This document shows, piece by piece, positions 1 to 12,560 of a stretch of DNA of 64,000 bases. This DNA comes from Octopus sinensis (taxonomy: Eukaryota): the NCBI RefSeq assembly GCF_006345805.1, contig NC_042997.1, positions 86,800,001 to 86,864,000 of the forward strand, read 5' to 3'. Both the position numbers and the translations under genes were made by a program. The notes below the pieces were generated by a model that saw only the letters and a program-made list of their open reading frames with translations, searched no databases and was not told the DNA's origin. How positions within the stretch are numbered: the first letter of the stretch is position 1; each line of letters starts with the position of its first letter.

Positions 1-959
1 ACAGATTTTTTTAGGCGTTCTATCTTCACACTTGTATCAGTCTTTTTGAGCCATGTTGGTAGTTGAGTACCAATACTTCCAAGTCTGCCAATTACTATTG
101 GTACCACGTTTACTCTCCTCATTGACCACAATCTTTGTATTTCCCACTTCAAATCATCATAGTTTATTTTTTCTTCTTTCTCTTTGATCCTGTTGTCACT
201 GGGACATGACTAAGTTGATTATCTAGCGAGTTCTTCCTTTTTTATTCACCACAACAATGTCTGGTTTCCGATGTCTGGTCAGGTGATTGCAGCCCACAGG
301 ATTTTGCAATTCTTATTCTGGGGTTTTCTCATACCATGTCTTTGCTTTGTAGGCTGTGATTTCCGCAGAGCTCCCAATGGATCGTTCTTGCCACAAAAAC
401 AACAACAACATCATCATCATCATAGTAGCAAGCTGACAGAATTGTTAGCATGTTGAACTAAATGCTTAGTAGTATTTTGTCTGTCTTTATATTTTGAGTT
501 CAAATTCTGCCATAGTTGACTTTGGCTTTCATCCTTTCGGGGTTGATATAACAAATACCAGTTGAACACTGGGGTGGATGTAATCAAATTACCCCCTCCC
601 ATAAAATTACAGGCCTTGTACCTATAGTGGAGACCACTTATTATTAGTATTGTGTTTCAAAAGTTTCATATTTCAACACTTAGTCTTCTTCTGTGTTCTT
701 GAGGTAGTATAGTATTGTTTCTTTGGGGATGGGTGTAGAATTATATTTATATGCTACATTTACTTTGATTTGTTGTGAGGTTTGTTTTATTGTTCTGGGT
801 GTTACTTTAGTGTTGCATCTGTTTGTTTGTGTGTGTGTGTGTAGAATATGTGCAATCTGAGGTGTGTTATTTCATTGGTTGATGATTGCATAGTGTATGT
901 ATTGTGTGAGTTGTGCTACTGAATTGAGAAGGATTTGCATAGAGTGTGGACTGTATATA

Positions 960-2405
960 TGAGGGGGTGCTGAAAACTTTCTGGCTTTAAGGGTATCGCA
1001 AAACACCTGGTTCATCATCATCATTGTTTAACGTCCGTTTTCCATGCTAGCATGGGTTGGACGGTTCAACTGGGGTCTGGGAAGCCAGAAGGCTGCGCCA
1101 GGCCCAGTCTGATCTGGCGGTGTTTCTACAGCTGGATGCCCTTCCTAACGCCAACCACTCCGTGAGTGTAGTGGGTGCTTTTTACATGCCACCTGCACAG
1201 GTGCCAGAGGAGGCTGGCAAATGGCCACGATTGGATGGTGCTTTTTACGTGCCACCAGCAGGGAGCCAGACGAGGCTGGCAACGGCCACAATCGGATGGT
1301 GCTTTTTACGTGCCACCAGCATGGAGGCCAGTCGGGGCGGCGCTGGCAATGGCCACGTTCAGATGGTTCTCTTACGTGCCACCGGCACTGGTATCACAGC
1401 TACAATTTCCATTGATGTTGATCGATTTCGATTTTGATTTTGATTTTCACTTGCCTCAACAGGTCTTCAGAAGTAGGGTTTGTGTCACAAGAAGGAAAGG
1501 TATGCATAAGTGGGCTGGCTACGTCCCTGGTAGAGGCCACGGGTTATGGTCTCACTTGTCCTGCCGGGTCTTCCCATGCACAGCATACTTCCAAAGGTCT
1601 CGGTCTCGGTGAGGCCTAAAGTTCGAAGGTCGTACTTCACCACCTCGTCCAAGGTTTTCCTGGGTCTACCTCTTCCACAGGTTCCCTCAACCACTAGGGT
1701 GTGGCACTTTTTTACACAACTATCTTCATCCATTCTCGCTACATGACCATACCAACGCAAACGTCTCTCTTGCACATCACAACTGATGCTTCTTAGGTCC
1801 AACTTTTCTCTCAAGGTACTTACACTCTGTCGAGTATGAACACTGACATTACACATCCATCGGAGCATACTGGCTTCATTTCTTGCGAGCTTACGCATAT
1901 CCTCAGCAGTCACGGCCCAAGTTTCACTGCCATGTAGCATGGCTGTTCGTACACATGTGTCATACAGTCTGCCTTTTACTCTGAGCGAGAGGCCTTTAGT
2001 CACCAGCAGAGGTAAGAGCTCTCTGAACTTTGCCCAGGCTATTCTTACTCCAGCAGTTACACTTTCAGCACACCCGCCCCCACTACTGACTTGGTCACCT
2101 AGGTAACGGAAGCTATCAACAATTTCTAGTTTTTCTCCCTGGAATGTGGCAGAAGTTGGTCTCTGAGCATTTTCAGTGTTTATTGCTCCTGAGCATCTGC
2201 TACATACAAAAACTATCTTCCCAGTTAGCCTTCCTTTGACATTAGGTTGGAGGCCTAATATTCTGAGTTCTTTTACAGAAAAACTGAAGGACTGCTGCAA
2301 TAAGTGTGTGAATCTGAGAGGAGAATATGTTGAATAAAATCATAATTAGCTGATCCTCTTGTATTTTCTTTTACCCAAAGTCAGGAACTTTTCAACACTC
2401 CCTTG
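960..2405 (+). mobile_element. Non-autonomous mariner-type MITE, interrupted by an RTE LINE
   Basis: TA flanks at 958-959 and 2406-2407; ~29 bp imperfect TIRs (TGAGGGGGTGCTGAAAACTTTCTGGCTTT vs rc CAAGGGAGTGTTGAAAAGTTCCTGACTTT); internal remnant of a mariner C-terminus (NKCVNLRGEYVE*). Confidence 0.8.
1013..2244 (-). mobile_element. 5'-truncated RTE-clade LINE (RT C-terminus plus 3' UTR)
   Basis: ORF FRYLG...AMLHGSETWA...RRLRWYGHVARM...GRGRPRKT; (GAT)n tail at 1013-1024; 3' UTR with ~60 bp internal repeats (gatggtgctttttacgtgccacc); GGTT duplicated at 1009-1012 and 2245-2248. Confidence 0.93.
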
Positions 2406-3551
2406 TAGATTTACAATCCCTGGTTTGGATTTTATACATTCATTTGTGTTTTGTTTTATCCTACCTTAGTGCTCCACTTGATACTGGTTCTGCTACTCAG
2501 AGCTAGCTATTTTCATGGTATTTCCACTTGAGCTGACCTCACACACTCATCTCTCTTCTTCCTGTCACACATACTGCACTCTTCCTGCCATACTAACTCC
2601 TGTTTCTGTTTTGTCCTACTCAGAATGTCAAGTAGATATTGGATCTTACTTATGGTAGCCTGGCCTTCAATTTACTTAAATATTTATTTACTTCACACCA
2701 AGAAGCTGGAACTAAGCACTGCTCTTAAGTTAATATCTTATTTCTGTAATTAGCTTAGCTAATCTTTTTCTGAATCAAAAAAAATCTTAACATAGATCTT
2801 ATCTTAGGTTTCCAATCCTATTAAGTAGGCTAGAGTTAAATAACCCCTGGATAGAATGCTAGTAACTTTCTCAATCGAAGAAACTGAAATCAGATCTATG
2901 AGCTAACAAAACACCAGTTAGTTTTAGAGTGTTACTATGACTTACAGTGTTGAATTATTCCAAATCTATTACCTATTTAGAGCTTAATGGATTAAGTCTT
3001 TGGAAGGTCTTAGTTATAGATACAATGAATTATAGATACAATGAATTGCTAAAGCAATACAAGCAGTAAGAGCACTAGAATTGACAACTACTTTATTTAT
3101 TTGCATATTGTATTGACTTTGGTGTGATTGTGACAGTATTAAGCAGAGCCATGATATAAATTCATTAATTATGGCGTCATTTAATTAATCTGTCACTGCC
3201 ACACCAAAGAAAATACTTTATCTGTATTTTACATTCACTTTTCCATGCTGGCATGGGTTGGATAGTTTTTCTAAGGTGATGTTTTACAGCTTGATGTCCT
3301 TCCTTTAGTTGCCTTTCATGACATTCAGGGACACAATGTGTCTATTCTAAAATGGACACACCTAAGTAAATACAATATGAATGAATATTACATATAGTCC
3401 ACATCTTGTTCAAGACACTTTCAATTCAATAACATAATTCACACAGCACAGACCCATGTATTTTACCTATTTATTTATACTTCCTAAACTTTCACAATCC
3501 ATACCTAATACAAAGTATTATGAATTCAGACTTGTATTCTTTTCTTTTCAG

Positions 3552-3635
3552 TATGGTCTCTTTACCACTATTCATAAACACTACTCCATTGATGCATGGA
3601 AAGAATTTGCTGCCAAACATCCAGACAAATTAAAT
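3552..3635 (+). CDS. GMPR: GMP reductase, first exon in window (84 bp, YGLFTTIHKHYSIDAWKEFAAKHPDKLN)
   Basis: ttttcAG acceptor and GTaata donor, phase 0/0; peptide matches the GMPR segment FSLFTAVHKHYS..W.EFA (recalled family sequence). Confidence 0.93.
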
Positions 3636-3959
3636 GTAATAAAATTCATTTCAGATTTATCTAATTTTTTAATGTTATTTTAAAAAAAATAAAAGTTGTT
3701 TCTTTTACTGTTACTTTTAGTATTAACTAGCAGAGATACCTGGTGTTGCTTGGGATTAAAATGAAGTAGTTTGTATATATATTACAGTTATGTTGAAACA
3801 GGTCATATGGGAAAGTGTAGCATTGACAACAAAACATTTGTGGAGTAAATGATGGGCTAATTCAACTAAGCAACATGGTATGCGTCCGTTTGGAGTATTC
3901 CAGTCCCTAACCTGTCATGGAAAATTGGGGGTGGGGGTTAGGTGAGTTTTTAATGCACC

Positions 3960-4560
3960 GAAAAGCTGTCAGTGGATATACTCTCCTTTGCAGCAGTCAG
4001 CTCTGCATCTAATATGACCCATCGTCTGAAGTTTTAACACCTCCTTTAGGTTTGTTGTCCTACATCACTCATAAAGTAAATTTGGAGGAACTGTGGTTGT
4101 TCATTTGTGGGTAACAGGGAACCAATGAGGTGATAGACTTGCCCTTTAACTTTGAAGCCAGCCTAAATTCATGTTTAACTATCTTCCTAGACGCAGTAAA
4201 TGATGTCATTTGAAATGCAGTGTTGTATTGTCTGATATTGTTCAGAAAATCCTTTGATTAGATGGAAGTGCCTTGTAGAAGATCCATAAGAGGTTAAGGA
4301 GGAGCTGGTAGTGCTGACAATCTTTTCATTTGGAAATTTTAAAGCTCTACAGAAATGACAATTTGTGTTTAGCGCACCAATTTGGACAGAGTTATCATTT
4401 TTATAAGAATGGGATGGATCATATCTGAAAGCAGCTCCAGGAGTTGTGAAGAACGAATTTGTACATAGTCTGTTTCTGAGAGCTATTCTATTGGACCTCT
4501 GTCTAAACATTACAACATTGATTCAGTGACTGAAATAGGACTGAAACTGTTCTTCCTATT
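3960..4560 (-). pseudogene. Helitron RepHel N-terminal relic, frameshifted, in a GMPR intron
   Basis: Across frameshifts: AAFRYDP...QIG..N..CHFCRALKFPNE, FLNNIRQYNTAFQMTSF, FKVKGQVYHLIGSLLP..EQPQFLQIYF; these are characteristic Helitron motifs. Confidence 0.85.
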
Positions 4561-4659
4561 TGTTTATATTAGCCCAGTGTGTTTAATTACACTCTGCAGC
4601 TGCAGCTAAAATATGTATTACTTAAATATAATATCTTCCATTGTATAGTTACATTACGA

Positions 4660-4900
4660 GGGCGCATGGCTTAGTGGTTAGATAGTTGCGCTCCTGATCG
4701 TGAGATCATGGTTTTGATTCCCAGACTGAATGGTGTGGTGTGTTTTTGAGCTAAACACTGTATTTCATGTTGCTCTGCAATTCTGTGTCTGACATGTGGC
4801 ACACCTTCTACCTGTACACGCAGTGTCTATTTGATGGAGGAAGTGAACTAATGTACAGCACAAACATTTGGCCATTATGAATAAACCAGCTGTGCAGGTT
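4660..4900 (+). mobile_element. Degenerate tRNA-derived SINE
   Basis: A-box tggcttagtgg and B-box-like ttttgattccc; related to the copy at 31790. Confidence 0.6.
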
Positions 4901-5362
4901 GTTCACCAAGAAATTATGGAACCCTTATGACAAAAGAGTCCATGACATATCTACATGTTATCATGTCATTGACTAAACCAAAGACAATTTCACTGAATTC
5001 ACTAGTTAACCAACACTATATGAATAGAGTTATAATGGGGAAAAAGATGGATCTTGATCACCAATTGAGTGCAAATATTTATTGTGTACTTAAGCAGTTA
5101 ATTTCAATTCTGTTTGCTGTGTCCTGGTAATATTGCCTGTAATAAACTAGTGTTCTGTCTAGTGGAAGATATATTGCATATTTACTTAGTACTATAAACT
5201 GAAATCGTGTTTAATTATATACTAACTAAAGGAAATAACATACCTGATAAAGGAAACCTGAACAAATAAAAATTGAATTGTGTTGTAGAATAGTGATACA
5301 TTTATATCTTAAAATATTTGAATGACTGTTGTTGATTTATATTTTGATCTTCTCCTTGTCAG

Positions 5363-5536
5363 AATATTGCTGCTAGTTCTGGAATGGCAGCTGGAGATTT
5401 GCAGAAGTTAGAAAGTATTATAGAAGCAGTACCAGATCTCCGTTATATCTGTTTAGATGTTGCCAATGGATATTCAGAATTCTTTGTTCAGTTTTTACGT
5501 GATGTTCGCAAGAAATTTCCCTCACACGTTATCATG
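5363..5536 (+). CDS. GMPR: GMP reductase exon (174 bp, NIAASSG...YICLDVANGYSEFFVQFLRDVRKKFPSHVIM)
   Basis: ccttgtcAG acceptor, GTaagt donor; contains the GMPR motif YICLDVANGYSE. Confidence 0.96.
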
Positions 5537-7242
5537 GTAAGTTATTTTTACAATACGAGTTTCACAATGTCCTGTAAATAGGTAATTGATCTCTGAAAGT
5601 TATTTGAAACAGTATGATAATGTTTGCCTTAAAAAAAAATATTGATCATGGTCATTATATTTGTCATGGTCATTATAGTTGTCACCATCCACCCACACAC
5701 CCATTCACTCATCAATCTATTTATTTCTTTGTTTCATTAAACCTGTTGATTATTATTGTGTACTGTTTCCATGCAAACCCACTTCTGTAGCTAAATATAT
5801 GGAGAGAAAAAAATGTAGGTATGTGTGTGTGGATGGGTGAGTGGGGAAGGAGTTCTTGAGGGGTACAGCTCTGAGTAGGAACAATGCAAGGAAAGCTGTG
5901 GTTGGAAATTATGCATTGAAAAACTGTGTTGTCTGGATGCTTGCATCAGGGTGAATTCTGATGAGGATGAGATAGTAGTACTCAAGCAGATGGTGTGTTA
6001 AACCTATCATCCATCCCTGATCAAAAAAAGTTTGTGGTGTTTCATCATAGCTCCAGCACTAGAAGGATTATCTTTTAGAATTCAGAGCTCCCTCTGCTTG
6101 GTATTGAGTGCTTGAATTTTAGAGTGAGACAAGCTTTCATTGTGCTTAGATACAATGGTAACAAAATGTTAGGCATTTAGAAAAGATGGGAGTGAGCAGT
6201 TGGAAAAAATATAAAGTTAGGAGTAGTTTCATAGTGTCATGTTTTGAGGTTGTGTGTGGATCTGTATTGTATGAGAATGGATTTAGTATGAAAGATTTGT
6301 TTGAGCATAACTGTGCTTAATGGAAATTTATATGAGTCTTGGTGTGTGCTTTATATGTCTTGTGTTCCATTTTATAGTATTTTGTTTGGTTTGAGATTAA
6401 GGAGCATATACATTTCAAGTGTTAGTTATCAGCAATTTAAATCTTATAATTCATATTTAATCATGTTAAAATATTTGTTTTTGATGTGTAGTAATTGTGG
6501 TGACCTCAAGTGTTTTTCTTTGTGCTCGATATCTACTAAAGTTATTGTGCCAATTATTGGTGTCAGAGCACATGTAGAGTAGTTTTTATGTAGGTATATA
6601 TGTTAAAGCAAATTAACCTAGTTGTTAAAGTATCTTCTAATGGATTGTTTGATTAATATCTACTGAGGAGGTTTCATTGTGTACCTGAGACAGACACTAT
6701 ATTTTACATTGCCCCAGTTTGCCTAGGTGTTAGGAATATGTTTAAAATTTTCATACATACCTATGATCATAAATAGTGAAGAAATTGAAATATTACATGA
6801 TAGTATTGATTGATTTATTATTGATGAGGCACAATGCAATATCTTTATTGATTTTACTGTAGTTGTTTGAAATTGTTGATGTTGACTTTTTCTATATTGA
6901 GATGAAAGTCATTTATTATACAACTAGTTGTGAATTTTCTGTAAATATAGTTGTACAGGCTGTTTAGTTGATTTGATAACAGTGTTTGAATGTGCAAGGA
7001 TGTTACTGAAGTATATTGTCAAGTTTATACACATGAGAAAATTTGAGATGCTAACTAATTATATACCAAAGAAAGGTGAAACTTCTATTGAGTACCTTAA
7101 ACTTCCAGTTACTCTTATTGCTTTGCAATTTTTATAGAGCTCTCTGCATGCTTCATTTGTGTCATACATCATTACATATTCACTTCTCATATAAGATTCA
7201 AAATCAAATAATTCAGATAAGTTCTATATTTAAGAGATGAGG

Positions 7243-7740
7243 GATTATGTACATTATTTACATTTGACGGATATTTGTCCTCATCTTGTTTGTTGTTAGC
7301 ACAACGTTTTGGCTGATATACCCTCCAGCCTTCATCAGGTGTCTTGGGGAAATTTCGAACCTGGGTTCTCATTCCTAAGGTATATTTCGTTGTTGTTGTT
7401 GCTGCTGTTGTTGTTGTTCAGGTCACTGCTTGGAATTGAACTCGGAATCTTGGGCTTTGTAGCCTGTGCTCTTAACCACTACACTATATGGCGTAGTGGT
7501 TAAGAGCACGGGTTACTTACCCCAAGATTCCGAGTTTGATTCCAGGCAGTAACCTGAATAATAATAGTAATAGTTATAATAATAATAACAACAACAACAT
7601 CGAAATATACCTTAGGAATGAGAACCCAGGTTCGAAATTTCCCAAGACACTTGATGAAGGCTGGAGTGTATATCAGCTAAAACGTTAACAACAAACAAGA
7701 TGAGGACAAATATCTGTCAAATGTAAATAATATAAATAAT
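7243..7740. mobile_element. Head-to-head inverted dimer of a tRNA-headed element with a Penelope-like, hammerhead-bearing tail
   Basis: ~240 bp arms reverse-complementary around a ~10 nt centre (7483-7492); A-box tggcgtagtgg, B-box-like gagtttgattcc; (AAT/AAC)n spacer; CTGATGA-GGCTG..CAGCC-(G>A)AAA-CGTT motif at 7298-7343 (-) and a more decayed copy at 7646-7686 (+). Confidence 0.8.
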
Positions 7741-7776
7741 ATTCTGATAAGTTGTACCTAATTTCTTTTTGGATAG

Positions 7777-7983
<207 letters not shown>

Positions 7984-8109
7984 TAAATTTATGCATAACT
8001 CATTATTCACTAAAATTGTAATATAGAACATACATAACATAACTGTATTTCGCCAACACTGGGAGGAGAAGGAAAGATGGAGTTTTAATTCCAAATGTAA
8101 AGGAATCTA

Positions 8110-9245
8110 TCAGGTCATCCCATAAGTTCTATCTGATTTTACCTTTTTTTAAAACTGAATGAAATTTAATAGTATTTTAGAATGTCTAATGGAATTAAAA
8201 ATTATTTTTATGCATTTGTGTACATTTAAACTAATTAAATATTATTTTACAGAATAATAGAAATAAAATATCTTTGATTAAAAGCTTTTCTAACATGGAA
8301 GTATCCAAAGAGCATTTAAGGCACATAATGCTTTATGAGTACAAAAAAAGGAAACTCTGCAGCTAAAGCGACTTGAAACATACACTCAGTTTATGGGAAA
8401 GAATGTTTGAATGAAAGAACTTGCAGAAGATGGTTTGCAAAATTCAGAAGTGGAGATTTCAGCCTTGAAGATGAAGATTGAACAGGACGTCCAGTTGAGT
8501 TTGATGATAAGCTCCTTGTGGCATTACTTGAAGAAAATCCTGCATTATCAGTTGAAGAATTGGCAATAAAGCTTAGTTCAAACCATACAACTGTTCATTG
8601 TCATCTTCAGCAACTTGGAAAGATTCCTAAACTTGGAAAATGGGTGCCTCATGAATTGTCCGAAAGCAACCACAAATCCCGAGTTAACATCTGCTCTTCT
8701 CTCCATTCTCGCGAACTCATTTCACCCTTTTTGGATAGACTTGTGACTGGTGACAGAAAATGGATCTTCTATCGAAATGTTAAACATTGTAAATAGTGGC
8801 TTGGTAAAAGGGAAAAAGCTCAACCACCACTGAGAAGGGAACTTCATGGAAAAAAAGGTTCTTCTCTCCATCTGGTGGGATTGCAAAGGAGTAATTCACT
8901 TTGAATTGTTACCACCTAAAGCAACAATCAATGCTCAGGTCTACTGTCAGCAATTAGAGCATTTGAACCAAGCTTTGAAGAAAAAAAGTCCTGCTTTAAT
9001 GAATCAAAAAGGAGGGATGTTTCATCAGGATAATGCGCAACCCCACACTGCAAAAATCATATCACAGAAGATCGAAGAGCTTGGTTGGGAAAAAATTGCT
9101 CATCCACCTTATTCTCCCAACCTTGCTCCTTCAGACTACCATTTGTTTCATAGCTTACAGAATCATTTAGGGGACATAACTTTCGCAAGCCAGGAGGAGG
9201 TCGAGACTGACATTTCAGAGTCCTTCACTTTGAAACCAAAAAATT
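8110..9245 (+). mobile_element. Mariner (D,D34D) transposon, pseudogenised, 3' TIR not found; GMPR intron
   Basis: TA + TIR tcaggtcatcccataag; ATG at 8295; WVPHEL, LVTGD(R)KWIFY, HQDNA-x-YSPNLAPSDY with 34 residues between the Asps; stops and frameshifts. Confidence 0.93.
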
Positions 9246-11037
9246 ATCCCAAAATAAAACTGCCACATGTATGAAATTGAACAAGCACCAAATTAATTAT
9301 AAACTTCCTTTATAGTATGTGTGTGTTATATCAGGAAATGTAAATAGATGATGAGTTTAGACTTGATGTCTTATGCTCATGTTGTCCCATTTTATGGATG
9401 CAAATATAAATTCATAGTGACATCCAAAAAGATTCAATATTGTTTCTGTCCCAAGTATTTCACATAAAGAATTATCAACTACATTTGATTTAGATAATAA
9501 ACAAAGGAACTTCTCTAAAAGTTGTTCAACCTGTTCATTTAGCAACCATATCTGCAGTAATGAACTCCTTATCTTTAAAACAAGAACTAGTAGATGTTTA
9601 AGTTCTAAATCTTTGAAGAGTATTGCCCACTCAAAAGGCAGAATGGTTGTTGGTAGAATGTGAAAAAAATAATTCTTTGTTTAGCTATCATCTTGCTATT
9701 TAAGAAATGTTGATTGGATTTACTCGATCAGCATTGTTTTGGTGATTTTTCATTGCATATTGAGTCATTGGGGATCCACTGCAAACTTTGTCTTCATTTA
9801 TTGTATTTAAGATAAGACATTTTGGCAAAGACTATCTCTCTACATGTTTTTATCAACTGGGGGGGATGAGTTGCTAAAGAGCCACCATTTTCAGAGTGCT
9901 ACCGTTGCTTACTGTAGAGAATTGTTCTTTTCTCTTCACAACCATAATATCTTCACAATAACTTCACAACCACAATATCTACATCATATCATGGTGATAA
10001 GCATAATGAGTGCCTGGCAACCTACTGCTCGTAGTCCTATTGACTTAGCTACATTTTTATCCCAGGTTAAAATTAAGGTTAAAAAAATATGATTAATACA
10101 AAATGAAGGAAAAATACTGATTGAAGAGTAGAATGTGTGACTAAATGCATTTCAGTCTTTAATTCTCTACTTCTATGTTTTGAGTTCAAATTCTGCCCAT
10201 GTTAATTTTACTTTTTATCATTCTACATTTGATAAACTCAGTACCAAGCATATGCTGGGTCTATTAAAAAAACTGTACTTTATCTTCTACAAATTTGTGA
10301 TCTTGTGTTTTAGTAAGAAATCTTTTATTTATCCCATATACCAGTATCTATTTCAACAAGGGTTATTTGTTAGCAAGTAATCAATTCTATTGACTTAAGT
10401 TATATGAAGTATGGAAGTTGTGATGCTCATAGCATTTCCAGGGGTATTTTGCTTGCACACACACACACGCACACACACACACACGTACACACACAAACAC
10501 ACACACACACACACAACCACCACCATCATCATCGTTTTTTATGTACACTTTTTTTCCATACTGATCTGTTGGATGAGACTTTTTGAAGAAATATTCTATG
10601 GCTAGATGAACTTCTTGATGCCAAATCTTACTTGTTTTCAAGTAAAGGACTCTATTCCACTGGTCCTTGCATGTCAAATCATTGAGTTACAGGGCATACT
10701 GTTTATGTTGGACATAAACAAATATCACTGCAAAGATATGTGGAAAATACATACACACACACCAAATATATATTAATCTAACCCATACTAGCATGGAAAA
10801 TAGATGTAAAAGTGAACAAATAATATATATGTATACATACAGCCATACATACACACCTTCACACATGTATGGATGGATGGATGTATATCTAGGTATGTAT
10901 TAATTATTTTTATGCATACTTCACATATTTTAGTAATTGAGTAATATTTTTCTCAACATAGTGCTATCATATTTTATGGAAATGGTTTGATAGATTTACT
11001 GAGTTGTTCTTATATATTATGTTTCTACAACTTTCAG

Positions 11038-11240
11038 GATGGAGGCTGTACATGTCCCGGTGATGTCGCAAAAGCATTTGGAGCTGGAGCAGATTTTGTT
11101 ATGATTGGGGGTATGTTAGCTGGACATACAGAGTCTGGTGGGGAGATGATTGAGAAAAACGGCAAAAAATTCAAGCTATTTTATGGCATGAGTTCAGCGA
11201 CAGCCATGCAGAAACATGCTGGACATGTTGCTGAGTACAG
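11038..11240 (+). CDS. GMPR: GMP reductase exon (203 bp, [30 protein letters not shown]...FYGMSS...VAEY, phase 2 end)
   Basis: ctttcAG acceptor, GTaata donor; YGMSS motif typical of GMPR rather than IMPDH (YRGMGS). Confidence 0.97.
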
Positions 11241-12211
11241 GTAATATTTTTATTTTCATTTAAACATTTCCTGCAGTTGATTCCTATCAACAACTTGTTC
11301 TTTCACTTTCCTTAATGATGTTTTCAATTTAATATCAACCATAGCTGAGGGGATTAACTGGCAGAATTGTAAGCATGCCAGACAAAATGGTTAACAGTAT
11401 TTCATCTATCTTTACACTCTGAGTTCAAATTCCGTTGAAGTTGACTTTACCTTTCGTCCTTTTGGGGTTGATAAAATAAGTCCTAGGGTCAATGTAATCA
11501 ACTTACCCCTTCCTCTGAAGTTGCTGGCTCTGTGTTGAAATTTGAAATCAATATTAATCCTAAGTATATAGAATCTTAATTGCTCTGTTCTGGTTATATA
11601 TGCTTTTGAACATATGTTGCTTTACTGTTATACATACATACACACACACACACATATATGTATAGAGTGTTGGGTGAGAGGTACAGAATTGAGTATTGAG
11701 GAAAAAAGTTGGCAGAATTTTGGAAAAGAAATCCTTTTATTTCTTCATTATTATTAGTGCTTCCGTTTCTCTCCAGAACTTGTCAAATACAAGACAAGTT
11801 CTAGAGAGGAACGAAAGTGCTAATAATAATGAAGAAATAAAAGGATTTTTTCCCCAAAATTCTGCCAACTTTTTTTTTCTCAATATATATATATATAGTA
11901 TGAAAGACAAATGATATGAAATGGAGAGGGGCAACAGCTGTGGCTGTTCACATCAGTAACTTTCTGAAATCTCCACCTGTTAGTTTCTTTGTTTGTTATT
12001 CTGAAAACATTCTTTTTTTTTTTTTCTTCTTAACAGTTTATTAACAGTATTAACTGTTGTTAATAATTCATAAAGAAAGTAACTTTTGTTCATCTCACTT
12101 CCTTTCTCTGTGAACTGCTATTACTTCTTTAAATATTTTTGAACTTGATACGTTGGAAGCCTCTGCCTTTATAACTTAACCTTTTAGCATTTAAACTGTC
12201 TATATACGACC

Positions 12212-12560
12212 TGCAGGCGTGGCTGTGTGGTAAGAAGCTTGCTAAAGGCGGCGAGCTGGCAGAAATGTTAGCACACCGGGCGAAATGCTTATTGGCATTT
12301 CGTCTGCCATTATGTTCTGAGTTCAAATTCCACTGAGGTCTACTTTGCCTTTCATCCTTTCGGGGTCAATAAGTTAAGTACCAGTTACGCACTGGGGTTG
12401 ATGTAATCGACTTTATCCATTTGTCTGTCCTTGTTTGTCCCCTCTATGTTTAGCCCCTTGTGGGCAATAAAGAAATAAGAAGCTTGCTTTCCAATCACAT
12501 GGTTCTAGGTTCAGTCTCACTGCATGGCATTCTGGTCAAGTGTCTTCTACTATAGCCTTA
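12212..12560 (+). mobile_element. CORE-like tRNA SINE (family B) interrupted by a family A SINE
   Basis: ggcgtggctgtgtggtaagaagcttgct head resumes after 12488 with ...caagtgtcttctactatagcc. Confidence 0.8.
12244..12475 (+). mobile_element. Young tRNA-derived SINE (family A) with 13 bp TSD
   Basis: ggcggcgagctggcagaa...gagttcaaattcc...aaagaaat, flanked by TAAGAAGCTTGCT at 12231-12243 and 12476-12488. Confidence 0.9.

Noticed and set aside
1-3551. Search for GMPR exons 1-2 (…PIIAANMDTVGTFEMA…)
   Set aside because: No matching peptide seen in this interval; they presumably lie upstream of the window.
5952-5990. CTGATGA motif; similar isolated motifs at ~29026, ~45490 and ~54080
   Set aside because: No stem II plus GAAA follows, so these are not counted as hammerheads.
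7489-7548. tRNA-like sequence; similar heads at 4660, 31790 and other SINEs
   Set aside because: These are SINE heads with no complete cloverleaf or acceptor stem, so they are not tRNA genes.
9357-9680. ~108-codon open frame on the minus strand within a GMPR intron (possible nested antisense exon)
   Set aside because: No recognisable motif, no ATG and no convincing splice pair; more likely a TE relic or chance.
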